A DNA stretch of 64,000 nt from NCBI RefSeq assembly GCF_009914755.1, contig NC_060941.1, one strand, 5' to 3'. A model generated the notes under the pieces. That model was not told the origin of the DNA. It saw only the letters and a list, made by a program, of their open reading frames with translations, and did not search any database. The position numbers were made by a program, and so were the translations under genes. Below are positions 61,401 to 64,000 of this stretch, in pieces. The stretch comes from the human T2T-CHM13v2.0 reference genome, Homo sapiens. The stretch's first letter is position 1, and each line of letters opens with the position of its first letter.

Positions 61401-63339
61401 TGGCAGTAGTGCCCTGGGCCAAATGACAGGAGGGAGAGCTTCCCCAGGGGCCGGCAGGCCCCCGTTTCACCACTGCATTAGACCGAGTCTGCAAGAGGGT
61501 ACGTGACTCCATCCTAAATGGGTGTTGCTTGGACTTGAACTCAAGACCTGGGTTTAGTCTTAGCCCTGTTCTTTCCCTCTCTGAATTGTCAGGTTCAATG
61601 TTAAGGGCCTGGAAGAACCCTACATGCCATCCTGGTTCCAGGCAAAGCCAGTCGGTTCCCAGGTGTGTGCAAAGCAGCCAGACAAGCCTTGTGCCTCACT
61701 GGGGAGCAGCTGAGGGGCTGGTCTGTGTGTGACCAGCTGCCATCTGCGAGTCCAGCCCCACCTGGCTCTGGAGCAGAGCTGGTGCCTGCCCAGGGCCCAG
61801 AAAAGCTTCTCCATGGGGGCCTGGGCCTGCAGCCTGCTGGTCACGTGGGTCTGCTGCTGGGAGGTCCTGCAGAAGCTGGGGAAGATGGTGGGTCTCCTCT
61901 CTGCAGGCTCAACCTCACCATGGGGAGGGGGCAGAGGCCTGAGGAGGGCGGGTGCCCCTGCTGTGAGCCCCTGGGCAGGGTGTCTGGCAGCTCCTTGGCT
62001 GCCCCCTTTGGCTTTAGCAAAACATGATCAAAACGGGCCCCCTGCCTGCCTCCTGGACACACCCAGGGGTGAGATCCTTTACTTTGGATCTTACAGGGAA
62101 CAGGGGACAAAATAAGAAACTGCACCAGCCTCCGGGTGTCCCGGGGTCAGCCCCCGGTGCCAGGTTCCCAGCCTGCTGTGCTGCTGTCTGGACACCAGAG
62201 CCAGGACCCTCCAATTCCAAGGCTGCTCCCTTGCCCTCCCGTCCGTGTCGTCCTCAGAGATGGCACGGCCCAAGTCAGGAGGACACTGTGGTCACAGGAG
62301 GCGCTGGCCATGTCTGGCCTTCTGGAGGAGGCAGGAAATCCATTCAGTGCCCACCTCTGCAGGTGGCCGGGAGGACAGCTTCAGTTCACCAGCCCTACGC
62401 AGCCCATTTTACAGAAGCAGAAACCCAGATGTAGAGAAGATAATTAACTAGGGAACATCAGAGTTGGGGTTTGAGCCCAAAGCCTGGAAGAGGCTGTAAA
62501 GGCAGTGAGGCCGCCAGCCTTCCCCCAACCCCTCCGGAGCCTGGCCCATGCTGTGCGCCAGAAGAGGCCTGGGGAGTTCCCTGCTGCCCTGAGAGGCAGG
62601 CCCTGGTCCAGAGATCGGGAGGATCTCATTGGGGAGGGGGGGGGCTCACCTTCTGGTAAGAGGATCCTGGGGGCCATGGCTGTCCCCTGCCCTTGGCAAA
62701 GCCCAAAGCAGGTAGTTGGCAAGACCCCAAAAGGCAGAGCACGTGGAGCCCAATCAGCCTTGCACACCCCTGGTTCTGGGCTGGCCAAGGGCCTTGTCCG
62801 CCACCCACAAGTGTGTCCAGGCAGGCTCTGCGCCCCTGGTGCCCAGTACCTGGCCAGGGCTGCCGGTGGGCGACGAGGCAGTAGCTGGTGCAAGCTTTGC
62901 CAAGCGCCTTCGATCCAGCCTCTCTCTCATGCTAATGACTGTCAACATGAAACAGAGGCTGTGAAGGGGAAGAAAATTACTCCCTGAAAAGGAATTGACT
63001 GATCCCCATCATTTCTCAAGGAATCACTGACCTGTGAATATTTCATTACCCAAAATGCTGCACCATCCATCCAGAGCCGCCGCTGCCGTGGGGCCCCGGG
63101 GGGAGGGCGGATGTACAGGGCCAGGCTCTGGCCTGTGACCAAGATTTCCTCACCGTGGGACCCCAGGGTGCGTGCGGCCCTAAAGACCCAGAGACAGGTG
63201 TCTGGCAGACAGGAACACGGTAGCCTCTCTAGGTTTTGGGAGCGGTCATGGCTAACACTCCTTGCAGCTGTGTTCTGTGCCTGGAGTCTCCATTCTGGTT
63301 GGAGGACTGGGGTCCCGTTTCCCACCCACAGTCCCTTCT

Positions 63340-63688
63340 CCAGCCTCCCAAGGTCCCTTCCCAAGCCTCTCGGCTGCCTCCTGCAGGCCTCACTCAGAAA
63401 CTCTTTCCTGGCTTGGGGCGGGTCCAAGTCTAGATGTTTCTAGAAGCTCAAACATGCCCTGTGCCCCACTGCTGGGGCCTGGGTGACAGAAGTTGGGGGG
63501 TGGAAGGGGCAGGGCTCATGCCACAGCCTGAAGCCAAACCCAGGTTTGAGCCACAGGAGGAGGGAGAAGCACCCCACACCCCCCCAGACCATGGTTCCAA
63601 TCCTGCCTCTGTCCCCGGCCACTGAGTGCCTCCCGAAGGCCACTGAACTTCTCTGGGTATCCGCTTCCTAGTCTTCAACTGAGGCTAA
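63340..63688 (+). repeat. About 350-bp local duplication, copy 2
   Basis: Colinear with 59480-59835. Confidence 0.9.
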
Positions 63689-64000
63689 CAGTAGTTGGGG
63701 CCACCTTACAGGTTGTTGAGAATAAACTAAGACCAAGATCTAATCTCAGTGCCCGACATGAGGCAGTTGCTTCCTGGAAGTGATGAGAGTTGGGCGACTC
63801 TATCCCAGAAGCACAGGCCACAGAGTCTGAGGACGCAGGGGAGGGAGGCCGACCCCGCCGGGGCTCCCTGCAGCCTCCGAGGGCCTCTGCGGGCCTGGCT
63901 GGGGTAGGCTAAGGCCAAAGTCCCCAGAGGATGGGAAAGGCTGAGACCACCCTCGCTGGCACTGATCAGGTCCTGAGTTTGTAAGGTCATGGGGGATGGA

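Overview
GC-rich mammalian genomic DNA. Alu, L1, L2, MIR and MER content and the encoded proteins point to human, consistent with 17q25.3. The window holds two convergent genes. On the + strand are the last three coding exons and 3'UTR of ENGASE (stop 1288-1290, AATAAA 3518-3523). On the - strand is the entire coding region of RBFOX3/NeuN (ATG 30674). Its ten core exons sum to 936 nt (312 aa) ending ...GTM, with the stop supplied by the distal last exon at 5826. There is also a 47-aa alternative acceptor extension (11768) and an alternative terminal exon encoding the PY-NLS tail ASLCRGGYSRFTPY (7582). Positions 30708-64000 are RBFOX3 intron, with repeats, local duplications and AT-rich homeodomain-motif patches. 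The most notable observation is an intronic element at 8576-8620 that is reverse-complementary to the 3' splice site of the NLS exon about 1 kb away (7577-7633). It predicts a long-range RNA duplex that could act as a nuclear/cytoplasmic isoform switch. Other leads are a UGCAUG-dense intronic VNTR, a possible relic of the RBFOX1 A53 exon, a candidate RE1/REST site in the 3'UTR, and an Alu-flanked 255-nt start-codon exon with no stop codon.
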